Positions 1-19,927 of a DNA stretch of 64,000 bases are shown in pieces. The stretch is from Heteronotia binoei. Its lineage: Eukaryota. The DNA lies in the NCBI RefSeq assembly GCF_032191835.1, contig NC_083237.1:66774001-66838000 (forward strand), written 5' to 3'. Every line of letters starts with the position of its first letter. Position 1 is the stretch's first letter. The notes beneath the pieces were generated by a model. The model did not search any database. It was not told the origin of the DNA and saw only the letters and a program-made list of their open reading frames with translations. The position numbers and the translations under genes were made by a program.

Positions 1-1
1 G

Positions 2-2568
2 GTGTGCGCTCTGCAGAAGGTCATCGTCAGCCAGGCCCCTGTGCAGACCCCCACACAGCTTTTCATGTCTGACCTGGAGGTAAGGGGTCTGGAGAACCAA
101 CACAGCTGTCCTTGGCTCCCCAGCATTCGTTCAGATGATGATAAAAGAAAGAGAGGAGCACTAAGACATGGAGAGGTTTTGCAAGGACGCATTGTGTTTG
201 GGTGGGGGAGGGGGGGGAGGGAGAATGCTCCCCAGCTTAAACCCCCCCCCCCCAAAGGTCTACTGTCTCATGGCAGCTGGATAGATGCAGGCTGTGGATG
301 CCGCCTTGAGAGGGGAAAGCATTCTGCACGCTCTTCCAGGGTCCAGGACTTCAGGGGCTGACATAGATCAGAAGTGAGCTCACTTTCCCCGGGGAGGAGA
401 AAGCTCTTAATGCTTAGTAAGATGTGAGACGATGTTGTTGGCTTTGATTTCAGCTTTGTATTTTCGTATTGCTGGTTTCATTGTGGCTTGGATGGATTGT
501 CAAAATGTATAACTGAATGAGGAGATCTGCTTGAGGAAGGGGGTTGTTTACTTGAAAAAAAAAGTGGCAAGTGAATTAAGTAACAACAGCAGGCTTGGAT
601 ATCGGTACACCTCTGGTGCTGCCCAAAGTTTTAAATTAAATAATCCTGCCTGCAGCAAGTCAGGGGCAGCCTTGCCTGCCTTCTGTAGCCCCCCCTCCAC
701 CCACTTGGTCTGCTGTTCCTAGAAGCAACAAGGATCTCTGTGAGAATAGAAGCCATTCCCATAGTGGACAGACTTCCTGGAATGGTTGCTGTAGGGAGAT
801 GCTGGGATTGAATCTCTAGGAATCCCGCATAACGAAGCTAAGCTGCTGCACAGAGGGTCTCTTGATTCTGTTTTCCTTCTTTCTCCTTTTTCTCTCCCAG
901 GAGAACCACAGGAGTCCAGAGATCCTGGATCGGATTTATCGTAATAACCCTATCCTCTGCTACACAGCTGGCCCCCTCTATGCACCCCTGTTGCCTTTCC
1001 CTTATGGCGTCGGTCACAATGCAGGTACCCTCCCAGCCATGCTCTGCTTACGGGGCTGGAAATGGGAGCACAGAACTGGGGAGGGGGCTGGGGCTCTCGG
1101 GACATGGGGCCTTGGCTAATGGCTCCACTTCTGCCCCCCCGTTCTGCAGATGCCAGCAGCCGCGGCTATGCAGCGCTTCGCGATGAGGCTGTCAAGCTGT
1201 TCCACTCGCTGCAGCAGCTGGAGGGGGTGCGGGAGCCGGCTCTCCTCATGCAGGGGGTGCTGCAGACCTGTCTCGACCTCCCTCCGTTGGTAGATGAGAT
1301 CTACTGCCAGCTGGTGAAGCAGACTACAGAGCCACCTGCACCTGGGACCCCTGCCGACCTGCGTTACTGGCAGCTGCTCGCTTGCATGAGCTGCACGTTT
1401 CGACCCTCCCCACCTGTCCAGGGTTACCTGCAGCTGCACCTCCAGCGGTGAGGAATGTGGGAGGGCTGAGATCCCTGCAGGGTGAAGGAAGAGGGGCACT
1501 TCCTGTCTCCTTTGGGGACTCTGGGGGGCAAAAGGGGAAGCATTAGGGTTTGTAGAATCTTTCGGGCTCAAGTGCCGTGTTCTATTGGAGAAAGTTTTCC
1601 TTCCAGACGTTTCGTTCTCAGCTGCGGAGAACATCCTCAGTGGCGTTGCAGCTGGAGCAGGCGCTCTGACCTTCTTGGCTGCTGTGCATTGAGTGAGGCC
1701 AGGGCTGCTGGAGAGCTGCTATTTCTAGGCTGGAGGGGGTGTGGTGAAAGGGCAATAGGTTTGTGGATGTGCCTTTCACCACACCCCCTCCAGCCTAGAA
1801 ACAGCAGCCCTCCAGCAGCCTGGGCCTCACTCAACGCACAGCAGCTAAGAAGATCAGAGCGCCTGCTCCGGCTGCAACGCCACTGAGGATGTTCTCCGCA
1901 GCCGAGAACGAAACGTCTGGAAGGAAAACTTTCTCCAGTAGAACACGGCACTTGAGCCCAAAAAATTCGACAGACCCTAATGATGTTACCAGCCGTGAAA
2001 ACCTGAAATCTTTGATAAAAGGGGAAGCCTTTGAGCAAAGGAATTAACGCGGCCACAAGGGCTCTGTGACTAGCAGCCTCCTCAGCAGGATGGACAGCAG
2101 GCCCTGAAAAGCAGCCTCCTCAGCAGTGTCTTCTAGGGCTGAGTTACCCAAACCTGGTTTAGCCGCAGGGGAAGGTGATTTTGTCCTCTTGCCCTGCTTG
2201 AGCACTGCCTCGGGTCCAGCTGCTGCTGCTTGATTGACCCAAAGCTGAGCTGGATGGAGCATTGGCCTGCTTTTGGAGTGTCTCTGAAGCGGGGGGGTGG
2301 AATGCTGTGCAGGGTTCCCATGAATGGGGTTGTAGCCAAAGATCTTTGTGTGGTCTTCCTCTGCCCCAGCAGGACAGAGGATCGGTTCCCAGGCTCAGAG
2401 ATGGCACGATACGGACATTTCATCAAGGAAGCTCTGCGCAAGACTGAAGGACGGGAATGTGTCCCATCGCTGGAGGAGATTGCAGGGCTGATGGGACACC
2501 AAGAAGTGGCGGCGTGCCCCGGGCCTTGCCCAAGCACAGCCATGGCTTACCACACCACAGCACAGGAG
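2..2568 (+). CDS. PLEKHH3: PLEKHH3 (PH, MyTH4 and FERM domain protein H3), open MyTH4-region exons. The gene starts upstream of the window. Exons: <2-79, 901-1024, 1150-1447, 2373-2568
   Basis: The spliced peptides CALQKVIVSQAPVQTPTQL, ILCYTAGPLYAPLLPFPYG, RDEAVKLF..LMQGVLQTC..YWQLLACMSCTFRP and RTE..FIKEALRKTEGRECVPSLEEI..HTTAQE match the PLEKHH3 MyTH4 region as recalled. All junctions are GT-AG with compatible phases (0,1,2). Position next to TUBG1 fits human 17q21 synteny. Confidence 0.9.
1603..1643 (-). ncRNA. Mirror copy of the minimal hammerhead ribozyme motif on the antisense strand
   Basis: The reverse complement reads CCACTGAGGATGTTCTCCGCAGCTGAGAACGAAACGTCTGG, with the same intact core and stems. 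Confidence 0.7.
1880..1920 (+). ncRNA. Minimal type I hammerhead ribozyme motif, Penelope-associated, on the sense strand of the PLEKHH3 intron
   Basis: CCA-CTGAGGA-T-GTTCTC-CGCAGCC-GAGAAC-GAAAC-GTC-TGG gives the CUGANGA core, a 6-bp stem II, GAAA, a palindromic ACGU helix III and a 3-bp stem I. The predicted cleavage site is after C1917. Confidence 0.7.
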
Positions 2569-3021
2569 GTGAGGCTGGGCCCAGGGAGCCTGAGAGGTTG
2601 CAGAAAGGGGGCAAGGAGGAGGAGAAGTCTTCAGCAGGAGAGCTCACTGGGCGTCGCAGGCCTCCCTCAGGGGTGCCACTGAGCAGTGGGGAGGGGCAGC
2701 AGAGGTGAGCCTTCCTCCGAAGCACCAGCTGAGTCCCTGAAGCAGAACCTGTGTCCCCCCCCCCCGCCCTGTCCTTTCCTGGGCACATTTTGACCTTGTC
2801 TGCGTCCCTTTTGCAGCGCTGATAGCCCTCCTGCTGGGCGTGGCTGGGCTCGCTTTGTCCCGTTCCATGTGGTCCAGGAGTTGATGTCACCCCTGGGATT
2901 GGTCTGCAGCCCCAACTGCTTTGCCCTGCATGGGGCATGTGCCTGGTGGCAGACATGCTTATCAGGTAGATCAGCGTGGCCCTTGGCTGCCACTGAATGG
3001 GGCGGAGGGGCTCAGGAGTTA

Positions 3022-3242
3022 AACATAAACATATAAACATATGAAGCTGCCTTATACTGAATCAGACCCTTGGTCCATCAGTCAGTATTGTCTTCTCAGA
3101 CTGGCAGCGGCTCTCCAGGGTCTCAAGCTGAGGTTTTCCACACCTATTTGCCTGGACCCTTTTTTGGAGATGCCAGGGATTGAACCTGGGACCTTCTGCT
3201 TCCCAAGCAGATGCTCTACCACTGAGCCACCGTCCCTCTCCC
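3022..3242 (-). mobile_element. tRNA-derived SINE (Squam3-like), full-length monomer
   Basis: The reverse complement has A box TGGCTCAGTGG, B box GGTTCAATCCC, a body and the tail ..CAGTATAAGGCAGCTTCATATGT. There are many near-identical copies in the window. Confidence 0.85.
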
Positions 3243-3900
3243 CTAGTTGAGAAAGAATTCTCAGAAAAAGTCCTATGGCCCTGGGGAACGAAGATGGTTT
3301 GGCAGGCACGTTAATAGGGACAGCAAATGGTTAGAGCTGGGGGTAGGCTGGGCTGGGCTGTGAATGTGTGATTGCGATGGTGGAACTGTCAGTCCTAAGG
3401 TCTGTGCTCCTCTCCCCCACCCCTTCGGCTAGTGGAAGCAGAATAGAGCTTGCAAGGAAGCCCACGAGGGGCACATTTGTTTACCCAGGACAGGTTTGCA
3501 GTTTTTAAAAAATGTGAGATATAGGTGAGAAAAGTCTGTGTGACTTTATTTGGTGGGATAATAGGAAAAAAGGAATGTTGGCTCCTGTACTCAGGGCTGG
3601 CGCATGGGAGTAAGTGAGGTAGGCGCCTGCTTAGGGCGCTACCACACCTGGGGGAACCACTAGGCGCCCCCTTACTTCCTTAGGAAGCCTTTGAAGAATG
3701 CGCCATTTTAGCAGCGCCCCGCTGCTTAGTTTCAACCCAGACTAGTGGGGCACCGCTAAAACGTCGCACTCTTCGGAGAGCGTGGCGTTTTAGCTGCGCT
3801 TTGCCATTTTCCTCCCAAAAGTGGCCGGGTGCGGCTAAAATGCTGTGCTCTCTGAAGAGCATGGCGTTTTAGCTGTGCCCCGTTGCTTTTGGGATGAAAG

Positions 3901-4475
3901 TGTCACGTTCTCAGGATGCAGGCAGCTGGGAGTCCAAAGCCAGTCCAAGATCAAAGTCCAGGAAGTCAAACGGGAGCCAAGTCACCAAAGCAAAATTGCA
4001 AACCAGAATCAGAAGTCAGTGTCCAAAAGTCAAAGGGTCAGGGGCGCTGCTAAAATGGTGCATTCTTCAGAGGCTGCCAAGGAAATCAAGCAGGTCAGGA
4101 TCAGGAAGGAGCGTGGATGCAAGCCAGAGAATAGACTTGTTGCTTCCACAAGGTTACCAGGTCCTGGGTGGGAGCTATATGGGAGCCTCAATCAGCCTGC
4201 TCCCTGGGTGGCAGCGACTCTGCTAGAACTCAGGGCTGAGAGATCTGAAGCATCGACGTGCCTCGTGTCTTCGCTCTGAAAGTTCTTTCCGAAGCCTGCT
4301 TCGAACTCTTGAGATGGGAGGGGGAGAGCTTGGAGGAGATTGATTGTCAACAGCTGACACTGGTGCTTGGAGAGTGCTTGATGGGCCAGCTGCTGTTTGT
4401 TCAGCTGAGGAACTGGCTGGCAACTCTTCCAGGTCTGTTAACCCTTCCCGCTCCTTCTCGTCAGGGCTCATGACA
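3901..4475. mobile_element. Possible solo LTR-like element next to a hairpin-rich MITE-like block (about 3630-3900)
   Basis: It begins TGTCA and ends TGACA, with CAGGAGTC/CAAAGTC-rich low-complexity repeats. No TSD was found. An inverted repeat pairs about 3684-3720 with about 4043-4079. Confidence 0.35.
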
Positions 4476-4664
4476 CTAGGCCCCAAAGCCTGCCTAGAGT
4501 TTGAGACTCCTCCAACTACTCCCAGATAAACGTAGGCCCCAAATGGTGTTTCTCCACAAACCTAAAGAAACCAAGTTGGCTCCATAAGCAGCTCTCTAAA
4601 AACTTGAGAAATAAAGGCTCCTTTAGGAATTGGAAGGAGGGCCTTATAACCAAGGATGAATATA

Positions 4665-4860
4665 ATTTGGGAGAACTGGGTTTGATTCCCCACTCCTCCT
4701 CCACGTTCACCTGCTGGGTGACCTTGGGTGTTACAATTCTTGAAAGAGCTCTCCCAGCCCCACCTCCCTCACAGGGTGTCTGTTGTGGGGAGAGGAAGGT
4801 AAGGAGATGGTAAGGCGCTCTGAGACTCCAAGTGAAGGGCGGCGTAGAAATTCCATCTCT
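4665..4860 (+). mobile_element. tRNA-derived SINE (Squam2-like), 5'-truncated
   Basis: It contains GGGAGAACTGGGTTTGATTCCCCACTCCTCC...CTCACAGGGTGTCTGTTGTGGGG, shared with the copies at 37.6-38.5, 47.3-48.9 and 59.5 kb. Confidence 0.7.
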
Positions 4861-7800
4861 CCCCTTCAGTGGAATTGAAACTGGCTGGCATCTATGTGGC
4901 ATCTGGCAGTGTTAATTTGTTGCATTAATAGACAGAAAACCTGGGAATGGTGGGACTTAAGTCCTTGTCATTTGGCAATGTGAAGGTGTTGAATGGGGGT
5001 GAGGCCTAAGCTCACTCCCTTCACTGTCAGCAGGTGACAGAATGAGGTAAAGACCTCCTCTGGCCTTCACCGCCACCTAATCAGGCATCGGACAGTGAAC
5101 CAGAAGGGCCTTTATCCTGTGCTCAGTTTCCAAGTCTGTATTAGGTTGGGGAGACAGAAGGAAGTCTAGCACATGCTTTGACTTCAGTCTCAGCAAGAAA
5201 GATGGGATATAAACCAAGGAAATGCTGCCAGCATCCTTAGCTTAGTTTGCACAAACTGGGCTGCTGAGGAGGCAAAACCAGGTGGCACTAGTTGTGGCAC
5301 AACCTCAGGAATCGTTGGGGAGGGTGGCTGTCCTTCAGTCCTGAGCAGCTGGAAGAGAGATCCTCCAGAGGGTCAAATGGGGGATGGGCACGGCAGCACC
5401 CAGGTGGAGGAGCCCATGGGGGCAAACTCCAGTCTTCTGTTCCTCCTTCCCAGCACTGTATGTGGCGTGAAGAGAGAGAAACAACGGACGGGCTGTGGCT
5501 CAATGCTAGAGCCTCTGCTTGGCTTGCTAAAGGTCCCAGGTTCAGTCCCCAATGAATGATCAGGGCGTAGGTGATGTGTGAAAGATCCCAACTTGATACC
5601 ATGGAGAGGCACTGCCGGTTGGGTGTGATGGACCAAGGGAGTGGGTGGGATTCCGTATAAGGCAGTGTTCTTCACGTGTTCTGGGACTTCGAAGGGAGAT
5701 GAGCTCCTCCCAGTCCTTTTGACCTGCTGAAGAGGTGGGGGTGGTCTGGAGACTGAGAGCGGCTGTCCCCTCCTTCCTGCAGTGCCTGCCCTCCAGGAAA
5801 GGAGAGAGGACACCAGGAGGAGTGGGGCTGGACTGGGGTTGGCAGTGGGCATCCCTGCACTGATGGGCTGCCTGTTTGCCTGTCTGTCCTAGCTTAGCTG
5901 GCGAAGAGCCCCACCGGAAGCCCCCTGGCAGACTCTGCTTCAAGCACTAGGGATGCCCAGACATAGACAGCATCCCCCGTGACAGCCAGGAGCGCCTGCT
6001 GTTGTTTGAGCAGGTAAGGAGGGGGAAGCCGGGGCAGGGGGGCCCTTCCAAATGCCCCCTCTCTGCAGGCCCACAGACTGCTCCTCCGTGGCAGCGGGCG
6101 GCATCTGAGGAAACCCTGTAACTGCAGGCAGGCTTGTGCTTGCTGTGCCAGAGCGGCTGCCTCGACTGTTCCCTCTGGATCGGCTGCACTCCTGCCTTAG
6201 TCCCCACTGGCACCACCCTCAGATCCCAACGTTTCCTCTTGCACCTTCAGGGAGCATTTGCTACTGAACTATGGGCGGGGGGGTGCCACCCCTTTTGGAC
6301 AAGCAACAGGTGAAGCAGAAGCAACACCTGCAGGGGTGTCCCTGTGTACAAAGGCAGGGGCCACGGCTGCCTCTGTCGACCTGGTGGGGGGAGAGCCAGA
6401 CTTGGCTCCACTCTCCTTGACGTAGCCGCTCCTCAGGGGAGTTCTTGCACCTGCCTTTCTACACTCTAGGCTCGGCTTTGAGCCGTGAAGGGGGAGAGGC
6501 AATGACAAGAGGGGGATTCGGGAAAGTCGCTGTGAATGGAAAACTGTGCAAGAGAGACGGTGCTGGGGACCTGGGGGGTGCGGGTGGAGTTTTGTTGTGG
6601 GGGAAGGGAGGGCTGCTGCCCACTACTGAGGACAAGGGCACTGCAAGCCTCACTGCTGGCGTTCTGCAGCTTGAGCATGGCATGGCAGTTAAATGCCCTT
6701 GCCGTGGGCAACTCTTGCAACAACGGCATTCCGTGTCTCTCCCCTTCCCCTCTTTGGGGCCAGGACTGCCAGCCTCTGTGGCTTGTGCTGAGCCCCACGG
6801 GATGCTGCCAGCTACGGCTACCTCGGACCACGTGCTGCAGCGACGGGGCCGGGGTGATCAGGAACTCCTCTGGCACATACCCCAGGTGAGAGAGAGAACT
6901 GGAGACCAGTGCTGGCTGTCTCATGGGAATCCAGCATGCATGCTGCCGGGGCTCTCGGGGTAGAACGGCACACCCTACATTTGTATGCAAGGAAAAGCCA
7001 ACACAAATAACTTCTGTCTGATTTTAATGACGTTATAGAAATCGGGTACATTCGAATAACTGCATGAAATCATTCCTCCCGCCCTTGTTTCTACTGGTAG
7101 ACTGGCTTTCCTTTTGGACAAACTGGAATCTGCCACCAAGCAGGAAAGGAACAGCAACTGGGGTGAGAGGAAGGGGGCTTGGCTGGAAACAGGGGCAGGG
7201 ACAACCCCTGGGGGGAAAAGGCCTAAAAAGCAGTCTGTACCTTGTGTAGAACTATGCCACTTTCCAAGTTTCAGGTGCAGTGAAACTGAAAAAATTGGGT
7301 GCCTATAAAGAGGGCTGGACGGGTTTGCTATCCATATGTCCAGGCTTGCCGCAGAATCTCTTGAGTTCTACAAAAGGGTGCATTTGCCTCTTGGAAAGTG
7401 ACCTGAGGCAGCTACAGTGGACTGTTGCTAACTGTTCTTCACCCTTAGATGTTTTGGGCCCTCAAAGCCAGCAGGAAGTTGCATGAATCTGATTACTCAA
7501 GACCATTGGCATCCTCTGTGTGTAGGTGGATATTGCTTCCGCTAGCCCTTGAACATTTCACAATCCTGTTAACCACTTCTTCAGCAACCACACTGGCTTC
7601 AGCCTTGAGAGCTAAATATTTTCCCTCTCCCTTAGTGAAAACTGACAATTGTTAAGGCCCAGCTCTTTACAGAAGCCACAGTCCTCTCCCCCCCCCCCCC
7701 CACCGTGGCTGCATGTGGCGAAAACGGGTGACTAAGATCTGATGGCTTTCTGTTTCCATTCCAGGCCAAAGAAATTATGCAGCTCTTACAGGCACGCATA

Positions 7801-9005
7801 GCCAACAAAAAGCTATCCAGTATCCCAGTGGCCAAGCTCCAAGAGGGACTGCATCTACTCATCAGACTGCCTTTCCTGGACTTACTGCCTCTTTGTTCCC
7901 CAGGGCCAGTGCCTTAGCTGGACAGATGCTGACAGAGCGAGCACCGGTGGTTCACTGTGCTCCCAAGGAGCTGTGCCTGTCGTCTCATTTGCAATGACCT
8001 GGAGAGGCTCTCCAGCCTCTTGTGAAAACATGATAGTTGTGCACTTTCTCTGTGTGCTGCTTCCCTGTAGCATTCAGTAGCTAGTTGTTCCTAACACAGC
8101 TGCAGGCAGCTGTGCTTCTACACTGGCACCTTATTCATTCTGGTCCCACTGTGTCAGAAACACTAGGGGTGCAACAGTTGCCTGGACGGACCTGCCCAGT
8201 GTGGTGGCGTCCCTTTTGTAAAAATCTTTTTTTTTTAAAAAAAAAATAATAATAATAAACGAGGATGGAAAGTAACGTTTGCTCAGTGCCTCATTTTGTT
8301 CAGGGAAAGAATGACACTGTCCTATCTGATTGGACACCTTTCCTTGGCAGGTGTTGCTACCACTGCTGATCTTGTAGAATGGTAGGTTTGCTTACTTCGT
8401 CCCCTGCTCCCACTATGCACAGCAGTTATAACACAACTTAGGAGATCCTGTGCTTGTCTGACCCTTAGCGGCAGCAGAGCTGGGGAAACAGAACAAAGAA
8501 AGAAGTCACAGGGGAGGGCCAAAGACACACTGGAGGATTCAGTACTAAACCACAGTGGGTGGCTTTGATAGCTTCCCAAGCAATAGAAAGTATAAAACAC
8601 ATTATATTATATGGCAGAAGTGAAGATGGTCTTTTTTGGGCCAAAGACTTCCAAATTCCATTCCTGTAACTGGCCTCCAAGTTTCCTAGAGTCCCTAATT
8701 CTCAATCAGTCTGAAGGGGTCTCTTCCTAGGCAGAAAAGCTACCCGGATCCCACAAAGGTGCTTCAGCCCCTGCACAGCTGCTGCTTATGGCCACGCCCT
8801 CTCACTGTCCTGGTATCTCCACACTCACTATCAGCCCGTGTGTAGCTGAGACATATTTACTGTCTCAGAGACAGAGCAATGCAAAACGGCCAGTGGGGTG
8901 GCATGCTATACAGAAATACAGGCTCAGATTTGTTTTGTTTTAAATGGACAAGTGTTTCATTTGTCTACAGCAGTGCCCAAGTCCACCCAGGAGTGTGTTT
9001 CCTCA

Positions 9006-9039
9006 AATAAATACTGTTGCCGAAAGGAAAGCATTTAAT
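9006..9039. terminator. Candidate opposed poly(A) signals: AATAAA (+, 9006-9011) and ATTAAA (-, 9034-9039)
   Basis: Both hexamers are seen directly. The minus-strand one is about 290 nt after the TUBG1 stop codon. Confidence 0.4.
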
Positions 9040-9327
9040 GAACTACATTTGTGAGAAGTAGAGGGAACAAACAGGGAAAAACTTACTAGACCCAGTGAAT
9101 TCCACTTTAAACAGAGATGCCATACAAAACGTATGGTTTTCACCATCTCTAGTAAGACAGACACCCAGTGCCTGGACTCTCAAGGGACAAGGGGGATGGA
9201 TGAGAGGCTAAGCTCTACAGCCACACAAACTGTTCAACTCAGGGACTCCCCCTGCCTGCGTTGGAGGGATGGCGGAGGTGGCTGCATGCTTGTGAGAGAG
9301 TAAGAGACTCAAGCCTCCAAAAGCCGC

Positions 9328-19761
<10,434 letters not shown>

Positions 19762-19927
19762 GGCCGCCTGCCTTCCCGCCGCTCCCGGACTCCCTTCCGA
19801 CGGCGCCGCGCACGCGCACCAGAGCCGGCTGCCGTACAGCAAGATGGCCCCTCCCAGCCGGGCGGCCGCTTGTGACGCAACGACGCGCGCCGGCTCCTCC
19901 CTCCCTCCCTGGCGGGGGCTGCGAAGG

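Larger units (their letters stand above)
1541..1982. mobile_element. Penelope-like element fragment arranged as a long inverted repeat (arms 1541-1754 and 1770-1982)
   Basis: The arms are reverse complements, about 93% identical by manual count, with a loop of about 15 nt. They contain the GACGTTTCG...CATCCTCAGTGG block typical of squamate Penelope termini. The same family appears at 60244-60349. Confidence 0.8.
2869..7917 (+). pseudogene. PLEKHH3: Decayed FERM-region exons of PLEKHH3, approximately 2869-2965, 5893-6013, 6069-~6435, ~6764-6885 and 7765-7917
   Basis: Recognisable peptides (VVQELMSPLGL..NCFAL..LVADML; RLCFKH*G..LLLFEQ; AHRLLLRG..ASEETL*; FPLDRL; GSTLLDV; DQELLWHIPQ; AKEIMQLLQARIAN) are colinear with human PLEKHH3. 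Lesions: acceptor AT instead of AG at 2867-2868, TAG at 5948-5950, frameshift near 6099-6101, TAA at 6119-6121, and further frame breaks. Confidence 0.75.

Noticed and set aside
1116-2056. 172-, 134- and 139-aa ORFs across the palindrome
   Set aside because: They are mirror-image translations of the inverted repeat and the antisense of a PLEKHH3 exon, not independent genes.
7918-9327. A second gamma-tubulin (TUBG2) between TUBG1 and PLEKHH3, as in human
   Set aside because: No tubulin-like exons were found. A single gene is expected outside mammals, so the absence is not novel.
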